From contig OY740792.1 of the NCBI GenBank assembly GCA_963514005.1, positions 67,456,001 to 67,520,000 of the forward strand: a stretch of 64,000 nt of DNA, given 5' to 3'. This document shows positions 1 to 12,854 of the stretch, piece by piece (within the stretch, counting starts at the first letter, position 1; every line of letters begins with the position of its first letter). The position numbers and the translations under genes were made by a program. This DNA comes from Raja brachyura. Its lineage: Eukaryota. The notes under the pieces were generated by a model, which searched no databases, had not been told where the DNA came from, and was given only the letters and a program-made list of their open reading frames with translations.

Positions 1-290
1 AATATTGACAATGTACTTTCCCTCATCCCAGATTTCCACATTCTTCAATGTAAGGAATGCTTTTCCTTTTTTAAATAAGAATGTGTCGACTTCAATTCTT
101 CCAGAGTAGTTGGCATGTTGTTTTCTGAAATCGCTTTTATCTTCCTTGTACTCATACAAGATTCCGGCATCTTGATCCTTCTCCCACCTCACCCTCGGTG
201 CACATGGATCGTTGCACTCAAACGTACACTTGAAGGTGACATCCTTGCCGATCTCTACATCTGGGGCTGGTTCACAAGTGGTGAATGCAT
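1..290 (-). CDS. IgV-domain exon of a B7/butyrophilin-like (VTCN1/CD276/HHLA2-like) receptor, running off the window edge
   Basis: Manual minus-strand reading: polypyrimidine acceptor (ctttctgtcttttgttcag; AG at 292-291), then a phase-1 open frame (D)AFTTCEPAPDVEIGKDVTFKCTFECNDPCAPRVRWEKDQDAGILYEYKEDKSDFRKQHANYSGRIEVDTFLFKKGKAFLTLKNVEIWDEGKYIVNI. It has the B-strand Cys, the C-strand Trp and the B7/BTN-type Q..YxGR...G.A.L.L.NV...DEGxY signature. Confidence 0.85.
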
Positions 291-869
291 CTGAACAAAA
301 GACAGAAAGGGGTTTATTATTGTCACCTTCACTTGAGTTGAGTTTAGTTTATTGTCACGTGTACCGAGGTACAGTGAGAAGCTTTATGTTGGGTGCTAAC
401 CAGTCAGCAGAAAGACAATACATGATTACAATCGAGCCGCCCAAAGTGTACAGATACACGATAAAGTCAACAAAGTCCAATCAAAGATAATCTGATGGTC
501 TCGAATGAGGTAGATAGTAGTTCAGGAATGCTCTCTAGTTATTGGTGGGATGGGTCAGTTGCCTAATAACAGCTGGGAAGAAACTGTCCCTGAATCTAGT
601 GGTGTGCGTTTTCACACTTCTGTACCTCTTGCCTGATGGGAGAGGGGAGAGGGAAGAAGAGGGAGTGGCCAGGGTGCAACTTGTCCTTAATTACGCTGCT
701 GGTCTTGCCGAAGCGAGTCATAGGAATGGAGGTCCCAACCCGAAACGTCACCCATTCCATCTCTCCAGAGATGCTGCCAGATCCACTGCGTTACTCCAGC
801 ATTTTGTGTCTATCAAAGGAATGGAGGTTGGTTTGTGTGATGGTCTGGGCTGTCCCTTTTCATAACTCC

Positions 870-1878
870 TAGCAATGTTACAAAATTTTGAGATTTCAAA
901 AATCAAGTCTGCAATTTATCCCATCAGATAAAGCATAAAAAGAAGTTTAATTTGACACCTAATTCACTTTCATATCTTCAGTATTAAAAATGTTATGGCC
1001 ACTTTCATACTCAGAAATTAGCATCTTGTTCCCCATTGCCTTTCCATTGACTTAACACAAAAGCTGTGATCGAGGACAGTCAAAGGCCCATAACTTTCTT
1101 AAAATTTAAGAGAACTCAATGAAATTTTCAGTTATTGTAGATTGACGCATTCTGAAACAAATATGAAACAATATTACTTGGTTGACCTGAAATTAAAGTA
1201 TATAATTAGTTAGTTACCTAATTGTAGCTAATTACAAAATTCAATTACTAGATCTAAACATCTATCCATTTCTTAAGAAAAGATAAACTTTTTTATATTG
1301 CCTAAGTGTCCAAATAACATTCACACAATAATTCACAATATAACATGATTTTTAAATCTCATTTTCATGAATTTTACAGGCCAAATGGAAGGAATTTAGT
1401 GCTTAATTCCTGTAAATTAATGGCCATTTAAATCAACTAACGAGTGGGTTTTAGTGGAATGCGGTGGATTAGAATGTTGCGGTTTGCGGTGAGGTCGGTA
1501 GGAAAAACACGGCCGGTTCGTACATTTTTTTTGTCCCCTTTTCGCAACATGAAAATGTGATTAAAGCCTTCCTAAAAACCAAGTTTAAATGTAAAAATAA
1601 ACTGTGCACTTTATTTTCTCCCCTACGTAAAATCCTTCCTGTTGTTGGCGCTCACGGCTTTAGAAGATAATTTTTAAATTACACTAGTCAATAAATAATC
1701 TATCATAAATCAAATGTCGGAGCGATTTCTCTTCAGCAACGAAATCGCCCGACATGGATCGATTTGCCCTGTCTGTGGAAAAACGGCACTTTAAACACCC
1801 CTCCCCCTCAGAAAGGCACCAAAATCACGCCCACGGGGAGTGGCAGAACTGCTCAAGGTAAGTTTTGTAACATACCTA
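870..1878. mobile_element. Non-autonomous TIR DNA transposon (MITE), ~1.0 kb, TAG..CTA termini
   Basis: Left end TAGCAATGTTACAAAA and right end TTTTGTAACATACCTA form an imperfect 16-bp TIR. Flanks taactcc (863-869) and caactcc (1879-1885) are a 7-bp TSD with one mismatch. The first ~370 bp match 22292 onward. Confidence 0.75.
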
Positions 1879-2419
1879 CAACTCCCTGCAATTTATTGCG
1901 GTCTTGAGCTGATCACAAACCAGGCTGTGATGCATCCTGATAAAATGCTTTCTATGGTGCGTATGTAGAAGTTGCTGAGAGTTGCTGGGGATATGCACAG
2001 AGATACAGTGAAAAGCTTTTTTTAGCATGCAGTCCAATCATATCTGATACTATACATAAATAATCAAGCCAAACTCCAACAAAGAGAGTGCAGAATATAG
2101 TTCTCAGCATTGTAGCGCAATAGTTCCATAGACAAAGGAGTTGAGGAGTCTGAGGGTGGTGAATCTGTGGAATTTATTACCACAGACAGCAGTGGAGACT
2201 GTCTTTTTAAAAAATCAGCGATTGCTAGATTCTTGACTAGTAAACGTCAGATATGCCATTTCTTGCGGCCTTGGTAGGTAATTATATGTTATTGTCTTTG
2301 GTTTACTATTGTTACCTGTACTGAGATAGTAAAAACATATCTTTTTACATGCTATCCAGACAGATCATATCATACACAAGTACAACAGGTTGTGCTAAAG
2401 GCAAATTAAAATTACAGTG

Positions 2420-3490
2420 TGTAGGAAGGAACTGCAGATGCTGGTTTACACCGAAGGTAGACACAAAATGCTGGAGTAACTCAGTGGGACAGGAAGCATC
2501 TCTGGAGAGAAGGAATGGGTGAAGTTTCAGGTCGGGACCCTTCTTCAGACTGAGTGTCAGGAGAGAGGGAAACAGAGATGTGGAAGGGTAAGGTGTGAAA
2601 ACAAGAAATCAAAAGGGGAGTTGTCAAGGAAAATATAGAATCAATCATTGTTAGCTGCGGGGCCGTGACAACAATGCATGCAACCAGTAAAATTTAATCA
2701 GGAGGAAACTAATCGAACTAGCATGAGGGAGAGATGGAGAAAGGAGAAAAGCAAGGATTACTTGAAGTTACAGAGGTCAATATAAATACATCTAGGTTAT
2801 AAACTGCCCAAGCGAAGTGAGATGCTGGGCCTCGTACTGACAGCAGAGGAGGCCCAGGACAGAAAGGTCAGTGTGGGAATGGGAGGTGGAGTTCAAGTAT
2901 TTAGCAACTGGGAGGTCATGTTGGCCAAGGCAGACTGAGCGGAGGTGTTCAACGAAACAATCGTCGATCGATGAGGTTGGAGGAGGTGCAAGTGAACCTC
3001 TGCCTCACCTGAAAGGACTGTCGGGGTCCTTGGATACAGTCGAGGGAGGAGGTATAGGGACAAGTGTTGCATCTCCATTCGTTGCAGGAGAAAGTACCTG
3101 GGGATGGGGTGGTTTGGGTGGGAAAGGATGAGTTGACCAGGAAGTTGCGGGGGGAATGGTCTCCATGGAAAGGGGTGGAAATGGGAAGATGTGGATCGTG
3201 GTGGAATCCTGTTGGAGGTGGCGAAAATGTCAGAGGATTATGTGGTGTATGCGACAGTCTTTTCAGGTGAGGCAGAGGTTCACTTGATACTATACCTTCC
3301 CCTCGGTAACAATGTTCCATTCTTCATTTTCCTTGACCTTCGTCCCTCTTGATCTCTCGTTTTTACACCTAACCCTGCCATATCTCTATGTCTCCCTCTC
3401 CCCTGACTCTCAGTCTGAAGAAGCATCACAACCCAAAAAATCACCCATTCTTTCCATCCAGAGATGCTGCCTGTCCCGCTGAGTTACTTC
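2420..3490. mobile_element. Penelope-like remnant with inverted pseudo-LTRs
   Basis: Minus-strand GIY-YIG-like peptide (IQGPRQSFQVRQRFTCTSSNLI) lies between oppositely oriented copies of the gctggagtaactcag...ccttcttcagac repeat (2470-2550 and 3410-3490). Confidence 0.65.
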
Positions 3491-3897
3491 ATCGTCAAAG
3501 ATTATAGTGTGATAGAGCAAGTGTGGATTCATGTTTACAGGCTTGTTAGGCAGCAGCAAATATGTCTTTCATTGTTCTGTTGTCAGTACATTTGAGAAAT
3601 CACACTCTTGACTCTCTCCTTAGAAGATGGTGTAAGTCAATAAGACGAGAGATCTGGTTATTATTGCTCCTTATTCTGTGCACATTATGTTTTAAATGTT
3701 GATTGCTTTGCGAGTGTTGAATACAGATGATTTGGGAACAGATATCTTGCTTGTTGCATCCCACCATTTTATTTTGCTGTTTATTATGATGAAGTTTTAG
3801 GTTTATTATTGTCATGGCCACTGAGGTCCAGTGAAAAGCTTTGTTTTGCAACTATCCAAACAGTTCAGATAATACTCTACATAAATAAATCAAGTAC

Positions 3898-4150
3898 TCA
3901 GGTAGAGCCAAGGGGAAGATACAGAGTGCAGAATATAGTTCTCAGTATTGTAGCGCACCAGTTCCAGAGACAAAGTCCAATGTCCATAATGGGATAGAGA
4001 TGAATCAGGCAGTAATCTAGCTTATGGAAGAATGCTTTGAAAAGCCTGATAACAGAGGGGAAGAAGCTGTTCCTGAGTCTGGTGGTGCCCACTTTCAAGC
4101 TTCCATACCTTCTGCCGCCAGATGGGAGCAAGGAGAAGAGGAATGACAGG
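3898..4150 (-). mobile_element. Rex1/Babar-like LINE 3' fragment
   Basis: LLPSGGRRYGSLKVGTTRLRNSFFPSVIRL, the same C-terminal motif as the Rex1-like copies at 20405, 39335 and 47025. Confidence 0.6.
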
Positions 4151-4324
4151 GTTGGGACAACTCTGATTATTGCTTTTTTTTTTTTAAATGCCTGGTTTGG
4201 GCTTTTCAACATGGGCTTTGGAAAACTGGGGTCATTCTCCATTACATGGTCTGGCAGAAATAGAAGACGCATGGAACTGCAACTGCTGGAATCATACGTT
4301 GAACAGAAAGTACTTAAGTAACAG

Positions 4325-4495
4325 GATATCAGATATGGTCTGGTGTACCCTGCAATATTGAGAGTTACCTATGAGAAGAAGCAGCATCGTTTCCCGAAGC
4401 ATACGGAGGCACTGGAATTCGCTCGGAATATAAAGAAGAAGATAGAAGAAGAACAACAACAACAAGCAGGAGAAGACCCGACAGGAGAGGATTAA
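4325..4495 (+). pseudogene. L1 ORF1p C-terminal remnant
   Basis: Manual translation DIRYGLVYPAILRVTYEKKQHRFPKHTEALEFARNIKKKIEEEQQQQAGEDPTGED*, containing the YPAxLR motif of the L1 ORF1 C-terminal domain. Confidence 0.75.
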
Positions 4496-5050
4496 GCATG
4501 AACTTTACTGACCCGCGGTTATGAATTATTCATTGAGAAAAAGGCGGAATAATGGACTTAAAGTTGTAGTATTGTATTAATTATTAATTACTAATTACTA
4601 ATTATTATGACCTTCCTTATCCCCCTAATATAGTATTACTTATTATAATACTAATTATAATAGAAACTAATAACTAGAAATCAGTTATATGAATAATAGA
4701 AATAGTTACTAAGAACATAAAGTTAGTACCCCACCCCAACATATACAGCATTCTAGATAAGAGCTGGAATAACCAACATCTTTTTTCTAAGAAAACGGAA
4801 GTCCTTAGATTAATAGCCATACTAGTGTGGCTTCCACTTGGGCACACTACACGCTATAAAAGTGTAGTTTCTTTTTTTTCTCTACACCCTTTTATCACCC
4901 TATACTTTTTTTATATTTACATTTTTTACTATTTTTCGATTTTATATTATATATTATATGATTATGGTTACGACTTATATTATATAACCAGGTTAAATGG
5001 ACATGGATTAATAGAATTGGTAATTTTCATCGGACTAAAGCAGGGGTGTT

Positions 5051-6743
5051 ATGTCGGGCCGGAGGAGTCAAGAAGGCTACCCCAAAAAAAGCCACCCTAA
5101 TAATAAAATGCAAGATATGAATGTAAGGATTGGGGGTGATGGAATCACCTTCTGTAGTTGGAATGTTAAGGGAATTAATGAACCAGTTAAAAGGGGAAAG
5201 GTGTTAGCTCAGTTGAATAGATTGAAATCAGATGTTACGTTTCTTCAAGAGACACATCTTAAAAAAGATGCTCAATATAGATTAGCAGCTAAGTGGATTT
5301 CAAAGGTGTATCACTCATCATTTATACATAAATCTAGAGGAGTTGCAATAATTATTCGTAAAGGCATACCTTTTAAACCTAGTTCTATAATAGAGGATAA
5401 GGAGGGTAGATATTTAATAATTACAGGGGAATTACAGTCAAAAAAAGTAATTCTTATGAATATATATGCACCCAATTTCGATAACCCATTATTTTTCAAG
5501 AAAATATTTAATAATATCCCTATTTCCACTCAATATAATTTAATAATTGGGGGTGATTTAAATTGTACTTTAGATAATTATTTAGATAGATCTTCCATGA
5601 AAAGGAAAGCTCTTTCTAAGTCAAGTAAATTTATAAATTATTTTATTAATACATCGAATGTTAAGGATATTTGGAGATTGGATAATCCAACTGGACGTGA
5701 ATATTCATTTTTCTCACCGGTATTTGGAACCTATTCGAGGATAGATTATTTTTTAGTCGATTCAAAATTACTTCCCTTCATGTATGATGCAAAATACCAC
5801 AATATTATTATCTCAGATCATGCACCGCTAACATTCAAGATAAAATTAAAAGATATAGTTAATAAAACTAACACTTGGAGATTTAACCCACAAATATTGA
5901 AGGACAAAGGCTGTTGTAATTATGTGGAGGAACAGATTAAATTATTTTTCGAAACTAATGATAAACCTGAGATTTCCCCATTATTATTATGGGATACATT
6001 TAAAGCATTTATGCGTGGTGCAATAATATCAGCACAAGCATATTTTAATAAAGAAAATCGAAAGACGGAGCAAAAGTTAGAAAAGGAGATAAAACGATTA
6101 GATAGTGAAAATATAAGACATCCTTCTAAAGAGTTAGTTAATAAAATTGCAATATTAAAATATAGATTAAATAAAATATATTCTGACCAAGTTATTAAAC
6201 TTTTTCAAAAAAACAAACAGGTACATTTTGAATTTGGAGATAAGCCACAAAAATTATTAGCACGACAACTCACAAAATTAGACGATGAAAAAACTATACA
6301 TAGTATTAGATCTATGCAGGGAAACATGCTGACTATACCAAAGGATATTAATGACACATTTTTACAATATTATCAAAATCTTTATTCATCAAAATCAACA
6401 GGGCAAACAGATGAAATGGAAAAATTTCTAGACAAATGTCATATTAATAGGCTAGATCTGGAAAGTAGACAATTGTTAAATGCTGAAATATCAGTAAGAG
6501 ATATTGAAGAATCAATTGGTTCGTTAAAAAATGGAAAAACCGCGGGCCCTGATGGCCTGAGTGCAGAATTTTATAAAAAATTTAATGATCTAATCTCACC
6601 AAGATTACAGACAGTGTATAGATATGCATATGAACTAGGAAAATTACCAGAATCCTTAAACGAATCTACAATTACACTCATTCCTAAGTTAGACAAGGAT
6701 CTGGAAGATCCTGGATCATATAGAGCGATTGCTCTTTTAAATA
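5051..6743 (+). CDS. L1 ORF2 N-terminal part (APE endonuclease + linker)
   Basis: SWNVKG, FLQETH, NIYAPN, GGDLN, YSRIDY and SDH motifs, then GPDG and SYRAIALLN. Interrupted at 6744 by a CR1 insert. Confidence 0.9.
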
Positions 6744-7390
6744 GCATTCATAGCGAAAGGATTTGAGTATAGGAGCAGGGAAGTTCTACTGCAGTTGTAC
6801 AGGGTTTTGGTGAGGCCACACCTGGAGTACTGCGTACAGTTTTGGTCTCCAAATCTGAGGAAAGACATCCTTGCCATAGAGGGGGTACAGAGAAGATTCA
6901 CCAGACTGATTCCTGGGATGTCAGGACTTTCATATGAGGAAAGATTGGATAGACTCGGTTTGTACTCGATGGAATTTAGAAGATTGAGGGGGGATCTTAT
7001 AGAAACCTACAAAATTCTTAAGGGGTTGGACAAGCTAGATGCTGGAAGATTGTTCCCGATGTTGGGGGAGTCCAGAACAAGGGGTCACAGTCTAAGGATA
7101 AGGGGGAATTCCTTTAGGACCGAAATGAGGAAAACATTCTTTACACAGAGAGTGGTGAGTCTCTGGAATTCTCTGCCACAGAAGGTAGTTGAGGCCAGTT
7201 CATTGGCTATATTTAAGAGGGCGTTAGATGTGGCACTTGTGGCTAAAGGGATCATGGGGTATGGAGAGAAGGCAGGTACGGGATACTGAGTTGGATGATC
7301 AGCCATGATCACATTGAATGGCGGTGCAGGCTCGAAGGGCCGAATGGCCTACTCCTGCACCTATTTTCTATGTTTCTATGTTTCTAAATA
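6744..7390 (+). mobile_element. Young 5'-truncated CR1-clade LINE inserted in L1 ORF2
   Basis: CR1 RT C-terminus (LVRPHLEYCVQFWSP...RRLRGDLIETYKI...WNSLP) and a (tttctatg)n tail. The 6-bp duplication taaata lies at 6738-6743 and 7385-7390. Confidence 0.9.
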
Positions 7391-9543
7391 CTGACCAAAA
7401 AATATTAACTAAAGTACTATCTCGGAGGCTAAGTTTAGTGATTTCTAAAATAATACATCACGATCAAACAGGTTTTATTCCAAAACGTTATTCATCACAC
7501 AATCTCAGGTGCCTGTTTAATATCATATATTCGAAAAGAAAAAGAGACACAGAATTAGCAGTTATATCGTTGGATGCAGAAAAAGCATTCGATCAGGTGG
7601 AATGGTCATATTTATTTAATATAATGGAAAAGTTTCAATTGGGGGATGGATTCTGTAAATGGGTAAGAATATTATACTCTAATCCTACTGCAAGAATTTT
7701 AACTAATCAAATACTATCACCTAAATTTAAACTATTTAGGGGATGCAGACAGGGATGTCCGTTATCCCCTTTATTATTTGCCTTGGTCATAGAGCCTCTG
7801 GCTGAAAGAATTAGATCTGAACCTGAAATATATGGTTATAATACTGATACAACAATTAATAAAATATCTTTATATGCAGATGATGTTTTGATTTATATTA
7901 CAAGACCGGAATGCAGTATTCCCAAGTTATTTAATGTTATAAATGAATTTAGTATATTTTCAGGATATAGGATTAACTGGAATAAAAGTGAAATTATGCC
8001 TATAACTGGCATAAATGTAAATATATTGCAACAATATCCATTAAAAATAGTCACAGATAAATTTAAATATTTAGGAATTAATGTACCTAAATCCTATAAA
8101 TTATTAATTAAATCTAATTATCCTCAATTATTAGATAAACTTATAAAAAATATTTCATATTGGAAAACACTTCCTATATCTATGGTTGGTAGAATTAATG
8201 CTATAAAAATGATTTTTTTACCACAATTGTTATATTTGTTTCAGGCTATTCCTTTTTTTCTCCCGAAATTTTTTTTTAAGAAAATTGATAATATTGTTAA
8301 TAGTTTTATTTGGGACTATAAAAGTCATAGAATAAGTAAAAAACACTTATGTAAGTCTAAGATAAATGGAGGGTTAGCACTTCCAAATTTTTTATATTAC
8401 TTTTGGGCAGTTCAGATTAAGAATATGAATTTTTGGTGGATAAATCTGGATAATGAACCAATGTGGTTAAAGATGGAAAAGGAAGACTGTTTACCTTTTA
8501 ATATAGGCTCGATTCTCTTTGCGCCAAAGGAAGTACAAAAAAAGATTTATAGGGATAACCCTATAATTTATAATAATAGGCGTATATGGAAACAGATAGT
8601 TAAGACTTTACATCTGGATAATCTATCCTTCAGGTTACCAATTAGGAATAACCCATTGTTTAAACCCTCAATATTAGATGCGGGGTTTAGACTCTGGGAG
8701 GATTTAGGAATTAAAAGGATAGGACATCTTTATAGAAATGGAAAATTTTTATTATTTGAAGAGTTGCAAGATATTTTTGGATTGCCTTCACAACATTTGT
8801 TTAGATATTTACAAATTAGAGATTACATTAAATGTGATACACAAGATTATAAAAATAAAGAACCAGGCTTATTAGATGGTTTGTTTAATTTACATCCAAA
8901 TACGGAAAAGTTAATAGCTCATATATATAATATTATTCTAGATAAAGAGACCCCAATAACTGAAACATATCGCCAAGCATGGGAAAATGAAATTGGATTA
9001 CCTATAACAAAAGAAATTTGGGAAGAAAGTTTACAGAGAATAAATCGGTGTTCTTTAAATGCTAGACATATATTAATACAATTTAAAGTACTATATAGAT
9101 TACATTATTCGAAAACCAAATTAAATAGTATTTTTCCCAATCTCTCCGCTATTTGTGATAAATGTAAGAATCTAGAAGCAAACTTAATACATAGTTTTGT
9201 AACATGCCCTAAGTTGAATTATTACTGGACAGAAATTTTTAAAGTAATTTCTGAAGTTCTTAAAGTTAAACTGGACCCTGACCCAAAATTAATAATATTT
9301 GGAATTCCGGAATCAAGTTTGGTTTTGACAGTAGATCAAAGAAATTTCTTTGATTACTGTTTGATAATAGGGAAAAAAATCATATTGAAATTTTGGAAGG
9401 GAACATTATCCCCAACAATTAAAATGTGGACAGCAGAGATGCAGAAGACGTTATATTTGGAAAGAATTAGATTTGTCCTATTGGACAGGTATAATTCTTT
9501 TGAACTGATATGGTCTCCATATATACAGTATCTAGAGAAGTAG
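7391..9543 (+). CDS. L1 ORF2 C-terminal part (reverse transcriptase + CCHC zinc knuckle)
   Basis: DQTGF, LDAEKAFD, GCRQGCPLSP, LYADD, KYLG and CxxC-x8-H-x4-C motifs; no stops. Confidence 0.9.
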
Positions 9544-10084
9544 CTGTTCTTGGCATCACGGCTCGACGGGCACCCTACGGAATCCGATGAGAATAACTTA
9601 TTTACATATGGGATTAATGCGCATGTCCCATTGATATTATTGTTTGAAATAATTTCATGTATAATGTACTTAGTTGTTTTTGATTTATATATATATATAA
9701 TATATATATTTTTTTAAATTTGTATTTGTAGATTGTTTTCTATTTCTATCTCTTTTTTTCTTTTCCTCTTTATTATATATCTTTTTCTATCTTTATTTCC
9801 AAAAAAACAGACGATATTAATTATTGATGTGCTATTTGTAGAAATTTTGAATTAAGATGATGTTTTAAATGTGTGTTATACATTGTAAACTGGTTACTTC
9901 AAATAAAAAAATATTTAAAAAAAAAGAAAGTACTTGAGTAACTGAGAGGGTCACGCAGCATCTCTGGAGGACATGGATGGACGATACTTCAGATCGGGAC
10001 CCTTCAGAAGTAGAAGATCTTCTCCAGGGTCTTCAGTGTTACAATACTTGACAAGGTTATATTCAAGGCAGAATTGAATTAATT

Positions 10085-10385
10085 GTAAGATACAGCATGG
10101 AAACAGGCCCTTCGGCCCACCGAGTCCATGCCGCCCATCGATCACCCGTTCACACTAGTTCTATGTATCTCACTTTTGTATCTACACACGACAGGCAATT
10201 TACAAAGTTCAATTAACTTACAAACCCACATGTCTTTGTGTGTGGAAGGAAACAGGAACACCTGGAGGAAACCACACGGTCACAGGGGGAACATGCAAAC
10301 TCCACACAGACAACACCCGAGGTCAGGAATGAACCCGGATCTCTGGCACTGTGAGGCAGTGGCTTTACCAGCTCTACCAACCAAT
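10085..10385 (-). mobile_element. tRNA-derived V-domain SINE (HE1-like)
   Basis: Reverse complement of the SINE at 44370-44680 (tRNA-like head, V-domain, gggcctgtttcc tail). Confidence 0.65.
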
Positions 10386-10856
10386 GTGCTCAATTGATGG
10401 AGAGCCGTATGACCATACCTGTGAATAGGCCAAGGCAGAATATCAGTGGACAATTCGAAAATATTATGATTCATTTTGCCAGTGGTCACAGTAGTGGAAA
10501 AATTTGGTGAGTGGAGACCGACAAAGTTGTTATGTCCCAAAGGTCCTTTTACAGACTGGTTATCCTAATCGCTGTTGGGATGAAACAGAACCGCAGATGT
10601 TGGTTTAAATAAAAACACAAAGTGCTGGGGTGACTCAGTGGGAAATGCATGTGGAGGGGTTGTTTCCAGTAGTGGTGGGCCTCGGACCAGAGGGTACAGC
10701 CTTAGAATAAAAGGACGGACCTTTAGAATAGAGAAGAGGAAGAAATTCTTTAGCCAGAGTGTGGTGAACCTGTGGAATTCATTGTCACAGATCGTGACAG
10801 GTTCTTAATTAGCAAGGGCACCAAAGGATATGGGAAGAAGGCAGGAGAATGGGGTT

Positions 10857-12854
10857 TAGGCTGTGGGCCGAGCAACAAAAAGGTGTCTAGAAATCAACTT
10901 TCGTGACCCATGTCTCGGAACTACATTAAATGTTGTACAGATTTAGATAAAATATTTAGAGAAGGAACTCATAACTCGTAAGTGCCAAAAGTTGCACATT
11001 AATTCATTAAACTAATTAGAAAAAGTAAGCGCCATTAGTATCCAGAGCTCATATTACACCATGGGGAGCCTATTTCCGTATTGCAGTCTCATAAAATATT
11101 ATTACTATACCATCTATATATATATGTATATATGACGTGAATTTGACTGTAATCATATATAATTATGTATAATTATATTATATAAAAATAATATAATTAA
11201 TATAATTGTGAGGTTTTTTTTTTAATGAGACTGCTGCAGAGGTCCTGCTGAACCAGCCTAATTAATGGGCGAGTGCAGTTCCTGTGGGTTTCCCCATTTA
11301 CTGAACCCCACTGACTGCCAGTGTGCAAAGTGGGGGTCACAGCCATAGTGGGACTAGGGCAATGCCAGGCTGGGGGAAGGCTAAGGCAGGAAAATGCCTA
11401 ACCCTAACTCGCCCCCCCCCCCCCCCCTCCAGAGCAGCCCACGGCTGGATAATAGACAATAGGTGCAGGAGTAGGCCATTTGAGCCAGCACCGCCATTCA
11501 ATGTGATCATGGCTGATCATCCACAATCAGTACCCCGTTCCTGCCTTCTCCCCATATCCCCTGACTCCGCTATCTTTAAGAGCCCTATCTAGCTCTCTCT
11601 TGAAAGCATCCAGAGAACCCGCCTCCACCGCCCTCTGTGGCAGAGAATTGCATAGACTCACCACTCTCTGTGAGAAAAAGTGTTTCTTTGTCTCCGTTCT
11701 AAATGGCTTACACCTTATTCTTAAACTATGGCCCCTGGTTCTGGCTGGAGCTGGAGCCGCTTTGGGACCGGCTGCGGGTTCCGTGCGTGTGGCCCCGCAG
11801 CGCGCCCACCTCGGCCAGCACGCCCTTCTGGATCATCGTGGTGATGATGGTGGCGAAGAGCACTGCCCTGCACGCTACCCGGGCCACCTTCAGTACCGCC
11901 ATGGCGCCGGCTCCGTCTTACCAGCAGCCTGATAGCCCGACCGACCCCTCGCCGCACCCACCGGAGGCCCGGCCCAATGCTCACCAACCCACCGGAGGCC
12001 CGGCCCAATGCTCACCACCCATGAGGAGGCCCGGCCCAATGCTCACCAACCCACCGGAGGCCCGGCCCAATGCTCACCAACCCACCGGAGGCCCGGCCCA
12101 ATGCTCACCACCCATGAGGAGGCCCGGCCCAATGCTCACCAACCCACCGGAGGCCCGGCCCGATGCTCACCAACCCACCGGAGGCCCGGCCCAATGCTCA
12201 CCACCCATGAGGAGGCCCGGCCCAATGCTCACCAACCCACCGGAGGCCCGGCCCAATGCTCACCAACCCACCGGAGGCTTGGCCCGATGCTCACCAACCA
12301 TGAGGAGGCCCAGCCCAACTCTCACCACCCACCGGCAGCCCGACCGATCCTCCACAGCATCCATCGGCCTACCGACAAGCCCGACTGACTGATTGACTGA
12401 CTGACTGACTCTAACCCTAGCAGCACATTTGTTATTTATCATTTTTATTTAACAGTTCATATTATAACTTTATAAAGCTAAATCAATTGAGAAACAAAAT
12501 GAACAGCAAGGTGAGCATTACCTTTATTCCTTGGAAACCTTGTTATAGTTTTGATGCAATGAGGAGGCAGCCATGATCCCAGGGTCCTCGCTGCCAGCGA
12601 CCATATAACAAAGCGCGGGATTGGTCACTTTGCGTCCGACCTCAATGTCAAACGTGCATTGATTGGGCAATTACTACTTAGAACATCTGAGTTTTTTTTC
12701 ATATTTCTTAAGAATGTGCAGGTTTTGGTCTTGACGAGTTTCAGGTTTGATTTATATAATATTTTAAATATGTTATATAATATGTTAAACATTTAGGTAG
12801 TTCCGTGAGTTGGGTCACAAACATGAACGACAAAGCTCCTCGGCCCACAGCTTA
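10857..12854. mobile_element. ~2-kb non-autonomous TIR element carrying a CR1 fragment, a GC-rich segment and a minisatellite
   Basis: TIRs TAGGCTGTGGGCCGAG and CTCGGCCCACAGCTTA (15/16 match). It splits a CR1 3' end (gagaatggggtt | gagagggaaagatag). Confidence 0.7.
11955..12320 (+). repeat. 31-bp GC-rich minisatellite with a 3-unit (93-bp) higher-order period
   Basis: Unit ccggaggcccggcccaatgctcaccaaccca; every third unit carries the catgagg variant. Confidence 0.9.

Larger units (their letters stand above)
4323..9924 (+). mobile_element. 5'-truncated L1-clade LINE (ORF1 C-terminus, inter-ORF spacer, ORF2, 3' UTR, poly(A)) with an 18-bp TSD
   Basis: TSD agaaagtactt(a/g)agtaac at 4305-4322 and 9925-9942. 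aataaa and an A-rich tail at 9902-9924. Inserted into a Penelope pLTR-type repeat. Confidence 0.9.

Noticed and set aside
212-490. 92-aa plus-strand ORF
   Set aside because: It is antisense overlap of the IgV exon plus repeat sequence, with no recognisable domain.
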